From assembly GCA_964202905.1 (NCBI GenBank), contig CAXNJO010000013.1, positions 32,001 through 96,000 on the forward strand: a DNA stretch of 64,000 nt, written 5' to 3'. The notes under the pieces were generated by a model that had not been told where the DNA came from, ran no database searches, and saw only the letters and a list, made by a program, of their open reading frames with translations. The stretch is from Polyangiales bacterium (GTDB lineage Bacteria > Myxococcota_A > Polyangia > Polyangiales > JADJQN01). Shown piece after piece: positions 1 through 12,049 of the stretch. A program made the position numbers and the translations under genes. The number at the start of each line of letters is the position of its first letter. Position 1 is the stretch's first letter.

Positions 1-3000
1 ACGCAGATCCTCCCAGGCCGATCGGCCCTCGTAGATGGCCTCGAGGGCGGACATCGCGTCCACGTCGCCCGGAGACTCGTCGAGCACGCCTCGGAAGGCC
101 TCGATCGCGGCGTCGAGGTTGGCGAGCTTCTCGCGCTGGAGGGTGCCGAGGCGGCGCCGCGCAGCGACGCGGAGCGCAGGCTGCGGCTCGGCGTCGATCC
201 GGCGCTCGAGCAGCCCGACCACGTCTGCGAAGCGCCCCTCGTTCTCACGTAGCCCCGCGAGCGCGTCGAGCGACGCGAGATCGCCGGCGTCGATCGCGAG
301 GATCGACGCGTGACACGCCGCAGTCGTCGGCGCATCGGCGAGCCGCGACGCCGCGAGCTGCGCCGCCTCGCGCAGATGCGCGACGCGGGCCGCGTCGTCG
401 TGTCCCGCTTCCGCCCAGGCGCGGAGCGCGGCGACGAGCGCGGCCTCGCGACCAGGCGCGCGCAGCAGCGCGACCAGCTGCTCGTGCGCGTCGGGCGTGT
501 CCGCATCGGCGTGGATCGCCGCACGCAGTTGCTGCTCGCAGGCGACGGCGTCGGCGAGCGCCTCGCCGTACCAGCGCGCCGCGCGCAGGTGCAGATCGCG
601 CCGCACGCTGCGTTCGAGGTCCCCGGCCGCCGTGACCTCCTCGACGAGGCCGCGCAGCGCGTCCCAGCGCCCCACGACGGGCGCGAGGCGCTCCACCTCG
701 GCGAGCAGCGACTCGTCGCGCGGGTCGAGCACGAACGCCTGCCGCAGCGCGGTGAGCGCACGTTCGGGCCGGCCGAGTTCCTGCTCCCAGAGTTGCGCGG
801 CGTCCTGAAGGAGCCGCACGCGCGCGCCGCTCGAGTCCGCGAGCCGGATGCGCACGTCGTAGAGGTCGGCCGCCTTCTCGAGCGCGCCACACTCGCGGTA
901 GACGCCGTCGAGGACGTCGATCACCTCGACCGCGAGCGCGTCGTCGCCGAGCAGACGCTCGAGCGCCGCAGTCGCGCGCGGCTCGGTCGGGTCGCGGTCG
1001 ACGACGTCGCGGTAGCACTGCAGCGCGCCGTATCGATCCCCGAAGCGCTGCTCTTTCAGCTCGCCGAGTCGGATGGAGAGCGTCGCGGCGGCGCTCGGCT
1101 CGGGGGCGAGCTGGATGCGACGCTCGAGGACGTCGGCGAGTTCGCGCGCCGCCTGCGTCTTGACGTAAAGCCGATCGAGCGCGGCGAGCGTGTCCTCGTC
1201 GTCGCCCGACTGCTCCGCGGCGCGACGGTACGCCTCGAGCGCGCGCGCTTCGTCGCCGAGGCGCGTCTCCGCGATCACGGCCACGCGCACGTAGAGGGCG
1301 CGGCCCTGCGCCGGGTCGTGCGCCGAGGATGCACGCGCGGCGAAGGCGTCCGCGAGCCGGTCCCACGCGCCGAGTTCCGCGGCGAGCCGCTCGAGCTGGT
1401 CGGCGATGTCGGCGTCGGACGGGTCCTCCGCGAGCGCGCGGCGGTAGGCCTCGAAGGCCGCCGCCTTGTCGCCGCGGCCCTGCTCGTGCACGTCGGCGAG
1501 GCGGCGCAGCTCGTCACGCTTCGCGACGTTGTCCTGCATCACGTCCGCCGTGCGCTCGAGCAGCTCGGCGAGCTCGTCGTAACGGCCCCCCTCGCGCAGG
1601 ACCGGCTCGACGACCTCGGCGGCCTCCGCGCGGTGCTCCTCGAGCCGCGTGATGCGGAGGAGCGCAGCGAGCGGCGCTTCGAGCTGCGGCGCGACGAGCA
1701 GCGCCTCGTGGTAAACGCCGATGGCCTCCCGGACGTCGTCGAGCTCGCGCTCGAGCACGGCGCCCGCGCGGTACAGGAGCTGCGCGCGCGCGCCCGCGTC
1801 CGCAGCCATGCCGGCCTGCAGCCGGAGGTTCTCGAGCAGCGCCGACCAGAGCCCCTGCCGCTCGTAGAGCCGCGCGAGCGAGAGCACGGCGGTGGTGTCG
1901 CCAGCGCGGTCCGCGAGCACGCGCTCGTAGGCCGCGATCGCCTCCGCAGGCTGCCGGAGTTGCTCCTCGGCGAGGGCGCCGAGACGGAGGTTGGCGTCGA
2001 GTCGCACGTCGACGTCCTGCGACAGCTCCGCGCGGCGGCGGAGCGCGGACGCGAGGTTGTCGGCGTCGCCCGCGAGGGCGTAGAGCCGATCGAGCGCCTC
2101 GAGCGAGATTTCGTCGGTGTCGTCCTCCCCGAGGGCGGCGCGGTAGGCGTCGATGGCGCCGGTGCGGTCGCCGATCAGCTCCTCGAGGACCGAGCCGGCG
2201 CGCCGGTTCAGCTCGCCGCGCTCGGCGGCGTCGAAGCTGCGCTCGCCGCGCTTGCGCAGGATCGCGACGAGCCCCTGCCAGTCGCCGACCATGGTGTGGA
2301 GCGCCTCGAGCGCGTCGAGCGGCGCCGGGTCCGACTCGTCGTGCGCGAGCAGCCGCTCGTAGACGAGGATCGCGCTGCGCGGGTCACCCCGCTTTTCATC
2401 GTGGACGCGGGCGACCGTCGCGAGGAGTTGCGAGACGGTCGCGGGATCCGTCGCGGCGGCGACGGCCTGCTCGTAGGCCGAGACGTGCTCGTCCCAGAGG
2501 TCGAGCAGCGACGCGAGGCGATCGAGCCTCGGCGCGGACGACCTCGTTGCCGGGCTCGAGCGCGAGCGCGCGTGCCCACGCATGGAACGCGAGGCTCCCG
2601 TCGCGCCCGAACTGCTCGTGCAGCTCGGCGATCGAGCCGAGCACGCGCACCCGGTCGAGCGCGTCCTCGAGGAGCGGCAGCTGGGCCTCGCTGATCGCGA
2701 CGAGCTTCCGCCACTGCCCCGACGCCCGGTAGATCGGCTCGAGCAACTCGATGATGCGGAGGCGGTGCGCCTCGTCGCGCACGAGCAGCTCGAGCGCCGC
2801 GATGGTCTCGGCGTGGCCGGGGTCGCTGCCGACGATGTCCGCGTACACGTCGAGCGCGCCCTCGACGTCGCTGAGCTTCGTCGCGAGCACGTCGCCGAGG
2901 CGATGCTTGAGATCGTTCTCCTCGGAGGAGCCGACCGCCTGATCGATGCGGCGGCGCAGGAGGTCCGCCACGTCCTGCCAGCGGTCGAGCTGCACGAGCA

Positions 3001-6000
3001 GCGCGTCGAGCGCGGCGATCGCAAGCCCGTCCGTGGGCGCGACGTCGAGGATCTCCCGGAAGACGTCCACGGCGCCGGCGGCGTCGCCCTTCTCGGCCTC
3101 GAGCGTCTGCGCGATCTTGTGGAGCAGCGCGACGCGCCCGTCGTCGCTCGTCGCGACCTCGGCCTGTTCGCGCCAGAGTGTCAGCAGGGCGTCGTGGTTC
3201 GCGCGCCCGACGAGCGCCCGCTCGAGGGCCTCGAACGCCGCGCGATCGGTCGTGTCCCATGCGAGCGCGAGCCCGTAGTTGCGCGCAGCGCGCTCGAGAT
3301 CGCCCGTCTTTTCCGTGTGCAGGCGACCCGCGTGCATCGCGAGGCGCGCCATCTGCGGGTCGTCGACGCCGCGCGCGTCGAGCACCTCGTCGAAGATCGC
3401 GGCGAGCCGCGCAGGCTTCTCGAGGGCACGGGCGAGGCGACCTAGCGTATCCCACAGCGCTTGGTCCGTGGGCTCCTCGCGGAAGAGCCGACCGTACGTC
3501 GCGAGCGCGCCCTCGAGATCCTCGAGGTGCGTCTCGTAGTACTCGCCGAGCCGCGCGAGCAACTCACGGCGGACGCCCGGGTCCTCCTCACCGGAGAGGC
3601 GCGCCTCGAGCGCGGCGATCACGTTCGGCCAGTCGAGGGTCGCGAGATACACCGGCTCGAGGATTTCGGCCGCCCGGCTCCGCCAAGCGCCCTCGCCCAT
3701 CATCGCGGCGAGCGCGGCGATGGTGGGGGCGTACGCCGCATCGGCCACGAGGGCCGCGCGGAAGCTCTCGAGCGCGCCCTCGACGTCGTCGAGGTGCGCT
3801 GCACGCAGCGCGCCGAGCGCGTGGTGCGTCGCCACGACGCTGCCCGCCCCGCGCTCAAGGCGCTGCTCGTAGAGCGAAGCCAGATCACGCCAGCGATCGA
3901 TGCGCGCATAGAGCCGCTCGAGCCCCTCGACCGCCGCGCCTTCGTCGGCGTCGGCGAGCACCTGCTCGAACGCGTCGATCGCGCCCGGGACGTCCGCAAG
4001 CCGCGCCTCGCAGAGTGCCCCCTGGCGCAACAGCAGCGCGCGACGCGCCTCGGGCGTCGATGCCAGATCGGTCTTGCGGCGGAGCGTCTCGAGGAGGGCG
4101 CGCGCGTCGCCGGACTCCTCGTCGATCGACTCGAGCGCGTCGAGCGCGTCCGCATCGTCAGGACGCGCCTCGAGCACCAGCCCGTGGTACTGGCGGGCGA
4201 GTTCGCGGTCGCCCAGGCGACCCCGCGCGAGGCCGGCGATGCGCGACCAGGTGTCCACCTGGAGGTCGCCGTCCGCGATGTCCGGCGCGATCTCGCGCAG
4301 CAGCGCGACCAGCTCGCGCCAGCGATCGGCGCTCGCCGCGAGCCGCTCGAGTTCGCGCAACATATCCGGAAGATCCGGCTCGCCGAGCCCCGCACGCACC
4401 GCGCCGCCGAGGAGCTGGAACGCGCGCGACGCGTCCTGCAGGCCGACGTCCGCGACCTCCGCGGCGCGCCGAAGGGCGCGAAGCTTCTCGAGGGTGTCGT
4501 CGGTATCTGCGGTGACTTCGAGGGCCGCGAGGAGTTTGTCGTAGGCGCCCGAGGACTCGTAGCGGGGCACGAGCACGGTGGCCGCGGCGATGCGCTCGTG
4601 CGCCTCGGGCGCGCCGAGCAGCACCTCGAGCGACGCGATCGCGCCTGCGTGCGTCGGATCGAGGTCGAGCACCTCCGCGTAGACCTCGATCGCGCGCTCC
4701 CGCTCGTGGGTCCGCGTGCGGAGAAGTTCGGCCGCCCGGAAACGGGAGGCCGCGCGCACGTCGGCGCCGGCGCCCTCCCGAGCGAGCAGCTCGTACTCGG
4801 TCGCGAGCGTCTCGAGCAGATCGGTCCAGCGCGCGGCGGCCTCGTAGAGCCGGGCGAGGGCCGCGAGCACCTGGCCATCTGGGCCAAAGCTCGCGAGGAC
4901 GTCGTTCCAGGCGGCGATCGCGCTTTCCTCGTCACCGAGTTGCGCGTCGTAGAGTTCGGCGATCCGCAGCGCGATCTCGTGGCGCTCGGCCTCGTCGGTG
5001 ACGACGCCATCGCGCGACTTCAGCGTCTGGATGAGCTTCTCCCACCGCTCCGTCCGCGCAAAGAGCCGCTCGAGCGCGCGCATCGCGTCGACGTCGGCCG
5101 CATCGTGCTCGAGGCGCTCCTCGTGCACGGCGATCGCGCCCTCGACGTCGTCGAGGTTCTCCTCGAGAAGCGCCCCGAGCCGCACGAGCAAGGTGCGTCG
5201 CGCATCGACGTCGCCCTCGAAGCGCGCCTGCCGCCGCAGCGCGCCGGCGAGCTTCGTCGCATCGCCACCCGCGAGGTGCAGGGCCTCGAGCGCACGCGCT
5301 GCGACGAGCACCGCGTCGCCGTCGTGCGGATCGACCGCGATGAGCCGCTCCCATGCGCTCTCCGCGCGCGGCGCATCCCCGAGGCGATCGCCGTAGAGCG
5401 AGCCCAGCTCCGCGAGCAGCTCGCCCTGCAGGCGTGGCGAGTCGGTCAGCCCCACGGCGCGCTCGAGCGCGGACGCGCGGTCCGTGTCCCGACCGCGCAT
5501 GACGGCGATGCGCGCGAGCTCCGCACGCGGCTGTGGGTCCCCCGGGTCCGCGAGGACGGCGCGCTCGAAGGCGCCGAACGCCCGGTCGAGGTCGCTCAGG
5601 CGGGCCTCGTGAATCTCGGCGAGTCGGAGCAGGAGCGCCACGCGCGAGCCCGGGTCCTGGACGGCCTCGAGCTGCACTTCGAGCACGCGCGTCAGGTCGG
5701 CCCAGTCGAAACGCCGCTCGTAGAGGGGCTCGAGGATGAGCGCGATTCGCTGCCGCTGCGCTGCGTCGGCGAGCAGGCGCTCCAGACCAGCGCGCGCGCG
5801 GTCGTTCGAGGGCTGCTCGGCGACGACGGCCTCGTAATGGTCGACCGCGGCGGACGCGTCGGCGAGCTGCTGCTCCGAGAGCTCACCGAGTTGCAACATC
5901 CGCTCGAAGCGCGCCTCACCGCTCGCGCGATCGAGCTCGCCGCGGAGCAGGTCCGCGAGGTCACGCCAGCGTCCGGTGCGACGGAACAGGCGCTCGAGGG

Positions 6001-9000
6001 CGATGCGCGCGCCGGCGTCGTCCGGCTCGAGTTCGAGCACGTCCTGATACGCGCGGATCGCGAGCGCCGGGTCGTCGAGCAACTCCTCGAAGAGGAAGCA
6101 GACCTGCATCAGCAGCTCGTATTTCGCGGTCGCGTCGACGGTCTGCGCGATGCGGTTCCGATACAGGACCTGCAGGTCGTCCCAGCGCTCGCGGTTGGTG
6201 TACAGGTCTTTCAACGCGAGGAACGCGCGCTCGTCGAGTTCGTCGTGCGTGAGCACGCGCCGGTGGAACGGCTCCGCCGCGTCCGGACGTCCGAGCATCT
6301 CATCGAAGAGCGCCGCGACGCGGCGCGAGAGATCCGCCGCGTCGGCATCGCCGAGTTGTCCCGTCTCGAGCGCCATCGCGTACGCGGCGGCGAGCGACTC
6401 GTGCTGCTTCGCGGCCTCCGCCGCGCGCGCGAGCCGATCCCAGAGGTCCGGGTCGGTCGGGCTGTCGAGGAACGCGGCCTCCAGCGCGCCGTAGGCGCCC
6501 GCTGCGTCGCCGAGCTTGCTGCCGCTCAGTTCCGCGAGCCGGAGCCGCAGCGCGCGCCGCTCGCCGTCTTCCGTCGAGCGCGCGAGGCGCGCCTCGAGGA
6601 GCCGCACGAGTTTGTCCCAGGCGCCCGTCGCTTCGTAGGCCGACTCGAGGAGCCGCACGGCCTCGTCACGCACCTCGGGCTGCGACGCGCCCGCGAGCTG
6701 CTCCAGCGCGACGACGGCCGGCCCGTGGCCCGGCGCCGCGGCGAGCACCTCGGCGAGGGCGTCGACTGCCGCGCGCGGATCCGCGAGAGGCCCCGCATAC
6801 GTCTGCCCCAGCCGGAACAGGAACTCGGTGCGCTGCCCCACGTCGCGGGCGACGTCGGCGCGCCGGCGCAGCACGTCGGCGAGTTCGGCGTAGCGCCCGG
6901 CGGCGGTCGCGAGCCGATCCAGCGAACCGAGCGCGTCGGAGTCCGTCGCGTCGATGTCGAGAATGGCCCGGTAACGCGACGCCGCGGTCTCGGCATCGCC
7001 GAGGGTGACCTCTTCGAGACGCGCGAGCTCGCCGAGCACGACGTAGCGCTCGGTCGGGTCGCCCGTGGCCTCGACCCGCGTGACGAAGAGCGCGCGGAGC
7101 TCGTCGTTCCGTCCCTCAGCCCGCAGCACGCGCTCGAGGGCGTCCATCGCGTCGGTGTCCGTCGGGTCCGCGTCGACGAGCGCGCGCAATTGCGTGATGG
7201 CCAGCTCCGGCTGCGCCAGACGCGCCTGCGCCAGCTCGGCGAGGCGACGCCGCAAACGCCGCAGCTCTTCCGCGGAATCGGACGCCGCGACGCGCGCGAG
7301 GTACGCAGCCGCGAGCGCCTCGTACCCGCCCGTGCGCTCCGCGGCGCTCTCGAGACCGGCGACGACGGCCGGGTCCGCAGGCGCGACGCGATAGGCCTCG
7401 AGCGCCCAGTGCAGCCCTCGCTCGGGCTCCCGCAGCTCGCCGAGCGTGAGATCGCGGAGCCGCGAGACGATCGCGAGCCGCTCGACCGTCGCCGCTGCGG
7501 GCGCGTCGGGGCCGGCGGGCAGCGTCGCGAGCACCGTCTCGAGCAGCGCCGGCAGCCGCTGCCACTTCTGGTCCTTCTCGTAGATCGCGAGCAGCGCGCG
7601 CGCGGCGCGCTCGTGGCCCGGCTCGACCGCGAGGACGCGCTCGTAGGCGCGGAATGCGCGCTGCGGCTCGCCGAGACGCTCGGTGTAGATGTCTGCGGCG
7701 CGCAGCGAGAGCGAGACCCGCAGCGCGGTGTCCTGAACCTTGTCGGCGGCCGTGCCGAGGACCTCGACGAGCCCCTCCCAATCGCCGACCTCGCCGTAGA
7801 GACGCTCGAGCCCGTCGTAGTCGCCCGCGGCCACGTACGACTCGCGCAGCGTGCGCATCGCGCGCCCGTTCTTCGGGTCGATGGCGAGCACGCGCTGCCA
7901 GGCGCCCGCGGCGCGCGTGGTGTCCTGCAGCTGCTCGCCGTAGATCGGGCCGAGCTTCTGAAGCAGCTTCACGCGCTCCTGCGGATCGGTGGCCGCGGCC
8001 ACGCGGCGCTCGAGCACCTCCGCGACGGTGGCGAAATCCTTCTCGCGCTCGGCGAGTTTCTCGAGCGCGTCGAGCGCGCCCGCGGCCGTCGCGTCCTGCG
8101 CGATGACCTCGCGCCACAGCTGGATGGCCTCGGCGCTCTTGTGCAGGCGCTCGCCCGCGAGCTTCGCGAGCTCGACGAGGTTGTAGAGCCGCACGGTGGG
8201 ATCGCTCGCGAGGTCCGCCTCGCGGCGCATGACGTCGAACAACGGCTTCCACGCGCGCTTCTTCGCGTAGATGTCCTTCAGGCGCGAGAGCGCCTCGCGG
8301 TTGTCGGGGTCGAGTTCGAAGACCTGCTCGAGGGGCCGGGTCGCCTGGTTGTAGTTGGCGAAGCGCTCGATCCAGAGGTTCGCGACGCGCGTCAGCAGAC
8401 GCACCCGCTCGCCCTTGTCCGACTCGACGTCGGCCCGCCGCGTGAGCGTCTGGATCAGGTCGTTCCAGCGGCCGAGCGCCTCGTACGTCGCGGCCAGCGC
8501 ACGGAGCGCCTCGGCGTCTTCCGGGACGAGCGCGAGGATCGCGCTGTAGGTGTTGATCACCATCACGTCGAGCGAGAGCTTTTCGCGGTAGATCGGCACC
8601 ATCTCGCGCAGGATCGCGATGCGGCGCGCGGCGTCCCCCGCCGGGAGCTGGTCGAGCTCGGCCTTGAGGATCTCGACGAGCGCGTTCCACTTGCCCGCCT
8701 TCGCGTAGAGTTCGCGGAGCGCGGTGACCGCCTCGCCGTTCTGCGGATCGACGCGCTGCACGGACTTCCACGCGTCGATCGCGCGGTCGACCGTCGCCGG
8801 GTTCGACTGCGCCTGCCGGGCGACCTCGACGGCCAGCTTGAGTTTGTTGCCCGAATCCCCCGAGAGACGCTGGGCATCACCGAGGATGGTCAGGAGACGC
8901 TGCTCGTCGCCCGTCTGCGTGAGGTAATCACGGTAGTAATCGAGCATCGCCGGGTGGCCCGGATCGATCTTGCGGAGCCGCGCGAAGTACGGCTCGGCCT

Positions 9001-9952
9001 CGGTGGGCTGCCCGCGCATGCGCCAGTGCACCATGCCGATCTGCAACAGGATCCCCTGCTCGCTCTCGAGCTTCTGCCGCGAGCGGAGCGCGTCCTCGTA
9101 CAGCGCGACGAGGTGGTCCCACTGCTCGCGCTCGGTGAAGTGCGCGACGAGGAAGCTCATCGCCTCGGTGTGCCCCGGCGCGAAGTCGAGCACGCGCTCG
9201 TAGCAAGCCGCCGCGCGGTCGTTCTGCGAGAGCTTCCGCGCGATCACGCGGGCGGCCCGGAAGAAGAGGTGGAACTTGTCGTCGCGGCCTTTCGCGCCCT
9301 CGGCCGCGGCGACGAGCACGCGCGCGAGATCGTCCCAGCGCTCACGGGCCCGGAGTGTCTGCTCGTAAAGGGCCGCCGCGGACGTGGCGCTCGGGTCGGC
9401 CGCGAGCGCCTCGGTGAAGAGCGCGTCGACCTCTTTGTCGCGGCCGCGCTTCTTGTATTGCCAGACGATCGATGCGGCGCGCTGCAGCACCGAGCTGCGG
9501 AGCGTGGGGTCGGTGGCGCCCTCCGCCTCTTCGACGAGCCGCTTGCCGATCTCCTTCCAGCTCGCCGCCACCTGCTCGAGTTGCACGAGTTGATCGCGCG
9601 CCTCGTCGTCGCCCGGGCGGAGCGCGATCGCCTTGACGAGCGCGGCGCGTGCGCCGGCGTCATCGAGCAGCGCGTCGCGGCGCAACCGGGCGAGCTCCTT
9701 CCAGAGCCCGGCCTCGCGGTCGGGGTCTGCTTCGACGAGCGTGATCTCGAGCTCCAGCACCTTCGCCGCCGTCGCGACCTCGCCGCGCTGCACATGGCCG
9801 CGACGCGCCGATTCGAGAAGCGCCGCGGGCCCTGCCCCGATGCGCGCGGCGTCCCCGCTGGTCAACGCGTCGAGCAACCCCTCGAGGGCCTGCGCGTCGT
9901 CCGGATCCTCGATCAGCACACCCAGACATTGAGAAACGGTGAGCGCGGCCAT
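1..9952 (-). CDS. Giant tetratricopeptide-repeat protein (AgmK-like, >3300 aa), 3' end outside window; one apparent +1 frameshift at ~2527
   Basis: The ORF 2396..9988 is continuous TPR-like helical repeats (e.g. AIDAFEQVLADADEGAAVEGLERLYARIDRW). ATG 9952 is preceded by the RBS-like GAGGGAGA. Removing one base at 2527-2528 (GAG-G-CTC) continues the same repeat pattern (ELDRLASLLDLWDEHVSAYEQAV...). Spot checks at 241-360 and 1-60 show this frame still open to the window edge. Confidence 0.85.
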
Positions 9953-10192
9953 CGATCTCCCTCGAGCAGCGAGCTGGTATGTCGACATGCTCGTCGACGC
10001 GGCCCCTGGGCGGTCGCGCGACGGCAGGCCTTGGCCTGCGGAGCGCAGAGAGCGGTGTGAACGGCGAAACGCTGAGGAATTTTGCTTCGATATCGCGGGC
10101 GGCGCGGCGGCGCGTGGACCCGGGCGCAGGCCATCCTAGGGCTGCGCGTCGCCGCGTTGCAAGCCCGAACACGGACACGCGCGACGAGCGCG

Positions 10193-11158
10193 TCAGGGGC
10201 CGCCGGACGCGCCCGCGGCGCGCCGCGATGCGCGACCCGCGAGCACGCCGCGCGCGGTCACGCTCGCGACGATCAGCGCCCCGCCGAGCATCGCGCCCGG
10301 CGCGGGCACCTCGCCGTAGCCGAGGGCGACCCACACCGGGTTCAGCACCGGCTCGATCGTCGCGACGAGCCCGGCCTCGACCGCGGTGACGCGCGCGGTG
10401 CCCGCGATGAAGAGCACGTACGAGAGACCAATCTGCACGGCCCCGAGGGCGAGCAGCACGAGCACGCTCGCGCCGTCCTCAGGCCCGCCCGTGACCATCC
10501 ACGGCGACGCGAGGAGCGCCCCGAGCGCGTTGCCCGCGACCACCGCGACGAGCGCCCCGAGCGGGCTGCCCGCGAGCTCCGCCCGAGCGTCTCCGCGGCG
10601 CACCGCCTCGAGCCGCTCCCGCCGGAGCAGCAGCGTGAGCAGCCCGAAGCCGACGCCGGAGACGAGCGCGAGCACGTTGCCGAGCGCCGCGCCGCCCGCG
10701 AGCCCATCCCCGAAGAAGAACAGCATGCCGGCCGCACAACCGGCCACGGCGAGCCAGTCCCACCAGGCGACCCGCTCCCGCAGCAGGAGCGGCGAGAGCA
10801 GCGCGACGTGAACCGGCGACGTGTACTGCAAGAGGATCGCGTTGGCCGCCGTCGTGAGGCGTGTCGCGCCGACGAAGAGCATCACCGCGAGCGCGTAGGC
10901 GAGCGCGATCGACCAGGTCGACCGGCGCCCGAGCGCGGCGCTCACCTCGCCGCCCCGGCCGCGCGCGGCGACGAGCAGCGCGGCGAGCACGACGGGGAGC
11001 GCGAAGAGGCTGCGGTAGCCGGCGATCGCGATCGGGTGAGCGTGGACGAGCTTGATGCCGAGGCCGCCGCCGCTCCAGAGCAGCGCCGCGCCGAGCACGA
11101 GCGCGATGCCCGCACCGCGGACGCTGCCCGCGCCGCGCACGCTGCCCTGCGCCGACAC
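10193..11158 (-). CDS. DMT/EamA family transporter
   Basis: Two EamA repeats with about 10 TM segments and typical motifs (LLWSGGGLGIK, TTAANAILLQYTSP, IEPVLNPVWV...GEVP). Confidence 0.9.
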   Translation of the reverse strand: MSAQGSVRGAGSVRGAGIALVLGAALLWSGGGLGIKLVHAHPIAIAGYRSLFALPVVLAALLVAARGRGGEVSAALGRRSTWSIALAYALAVMLFVGATRLTTAANAILLQYTSPVHVALLSPLLLRERVAWWDWLAVAGCAAGMLFFFGDGLAGGAALGNVLALVSGVGFGLLTLLLRRERLEAVRRGDARAELAGSPLGALVAVVAGNALGALLASPWMVTGGPEDGASVLVLLALGAVQIGLSYVLFIAGTARVTAVEAGLVATIEPVLNPVWVALGYGEVPAPGAMLGGALIVASVTARGVLAGRASRRAAGASGGP

Positions 11159-11161
11159 AGG

Positions 11162-11968
11162 CTAGAAGGTCATCAGCGCGCCGGCCCAGGTCAGCGCGCC
11201 GAACGTGACGAGGCCGATCCCCATGTGGACCGTGCCGAGGGCCTGCGCGATCTTGAAATCGTCGGGGTTCGCGCGATCGAACGCGTTGGCCGTCACGATG
11301 CCGAGCGCGATCTGCGAGACCATGCCTGCGAGGTGGACCCAACGCAGGATCTTGTGCAGGCGAAGCGTCCGCGCGAACGCGCTGTCCCCCGTCGCGGCGT
11401 CGTCGGGATCAGGCATGAACCACGAGAGCGAGAGCGTCGTGACGTACAGCGCGCTCGTCACGATCGAGCTGATCGTGTGGGGAAGCGGGCGACCGACACA
11501 GGCCTCGTAGCCGCCGATCGCGGTGCCGTTCACGCAGGGGTTGTCGGTGTGCGTGCCACCGAACCCATACAGGTTCGAGTACTGGATGAAGCCGAACGTG
11601 AGCGTCGCAGCCATCGAGGCCCAGGTGCTGATCCCGAGAATCTTGTGGATCTTTGCGACGCGGTTGCGCTCGCGGATCGCGTCGGCGTAGGCCTGCTCGG
11701 CCTCGGCGCTGCTCTCGGCGGTCGCGCCCGGCGTCGGCACCACGGCGGCGCCCGTCGAGCCCTCGGGCGTGCCATCGCCCACCGAGACGTCCGAGGGCAT
11801 CGTGGCCTCGAGCTCGAGGGGCATGGCGACGCCGAGCGCGAGCGCCGGGGCCGCGAACATCGCCCCCTGCGGCGGGCCCGACGCCTCCGCGACGACGTCG
11901 ATCGCCGGCGCAGAAAGCTGAAAGCCGAAGACGGGCGTCGCGAGCAGCAAGGCGTAGAGCGGGCTCAT
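11162..11968 (-). CDS. Hypothetical membrane protein, signal-like N-terminus plus ~4 His-bearing TM helices
   Basis: 268-aa ORF with normal GC3 bias, packed between same-strand genes. Hydrophobic segments contain His (IHKILG, PHTISS, LHKILRWVH, VHMGIG). Confidence 0.75.
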   Translation of the reverse strand: MSPLYALLLATPVFGFQLSAPAIDVVAEASGPPQGAMFAAPALALGVAMPLELEATMPSDVSVGDGTPEGSTGAAVVPTPGATAESSAEAEQAYADAIRERNRVAKIHKILGISTWASMAATLTFGFIQYSNLYGFGGTHTDNPCVNGTAIGGYEACVGRPLPHTISSIVTSALYVTTLSLSWFMPDPDDAATGDSAFARTLRLHKILRWVHLAGMVSQIALGIVTANAFDRANPDDFKIAQALGTVHMGIGLVTFGALTWAGALMTF

Positions 11969-12049
11969 GCGTCGGGGGTCCTATCGTGTGGCGCGGCGAC
12001 GAAGCCGCGTGCTTCGGGGAGGCGGGGAGCGGGCCCGGGCGGACGCCGC

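Noticed and set aside
3461..10060. 2199-aa plus-strand ORF (also 310..2694, 10082..13066, 19444..21504, 59292..62438 and many other long overlapping ORFs)
   Set aside because: These are antisense or alternate-frame shadows of real genes. High GC and codon bias suppress stop codons, and the translations are Arg/Ala/Pro-rich with no recognisable motifs.
11112..11147. 18-bp duplication (GSVRGA x2) at the EamA N-terminus
   Set aside because: Only two imperfect copies in a variable N-terminal tail; this is common slippage in GC-rich DNA.
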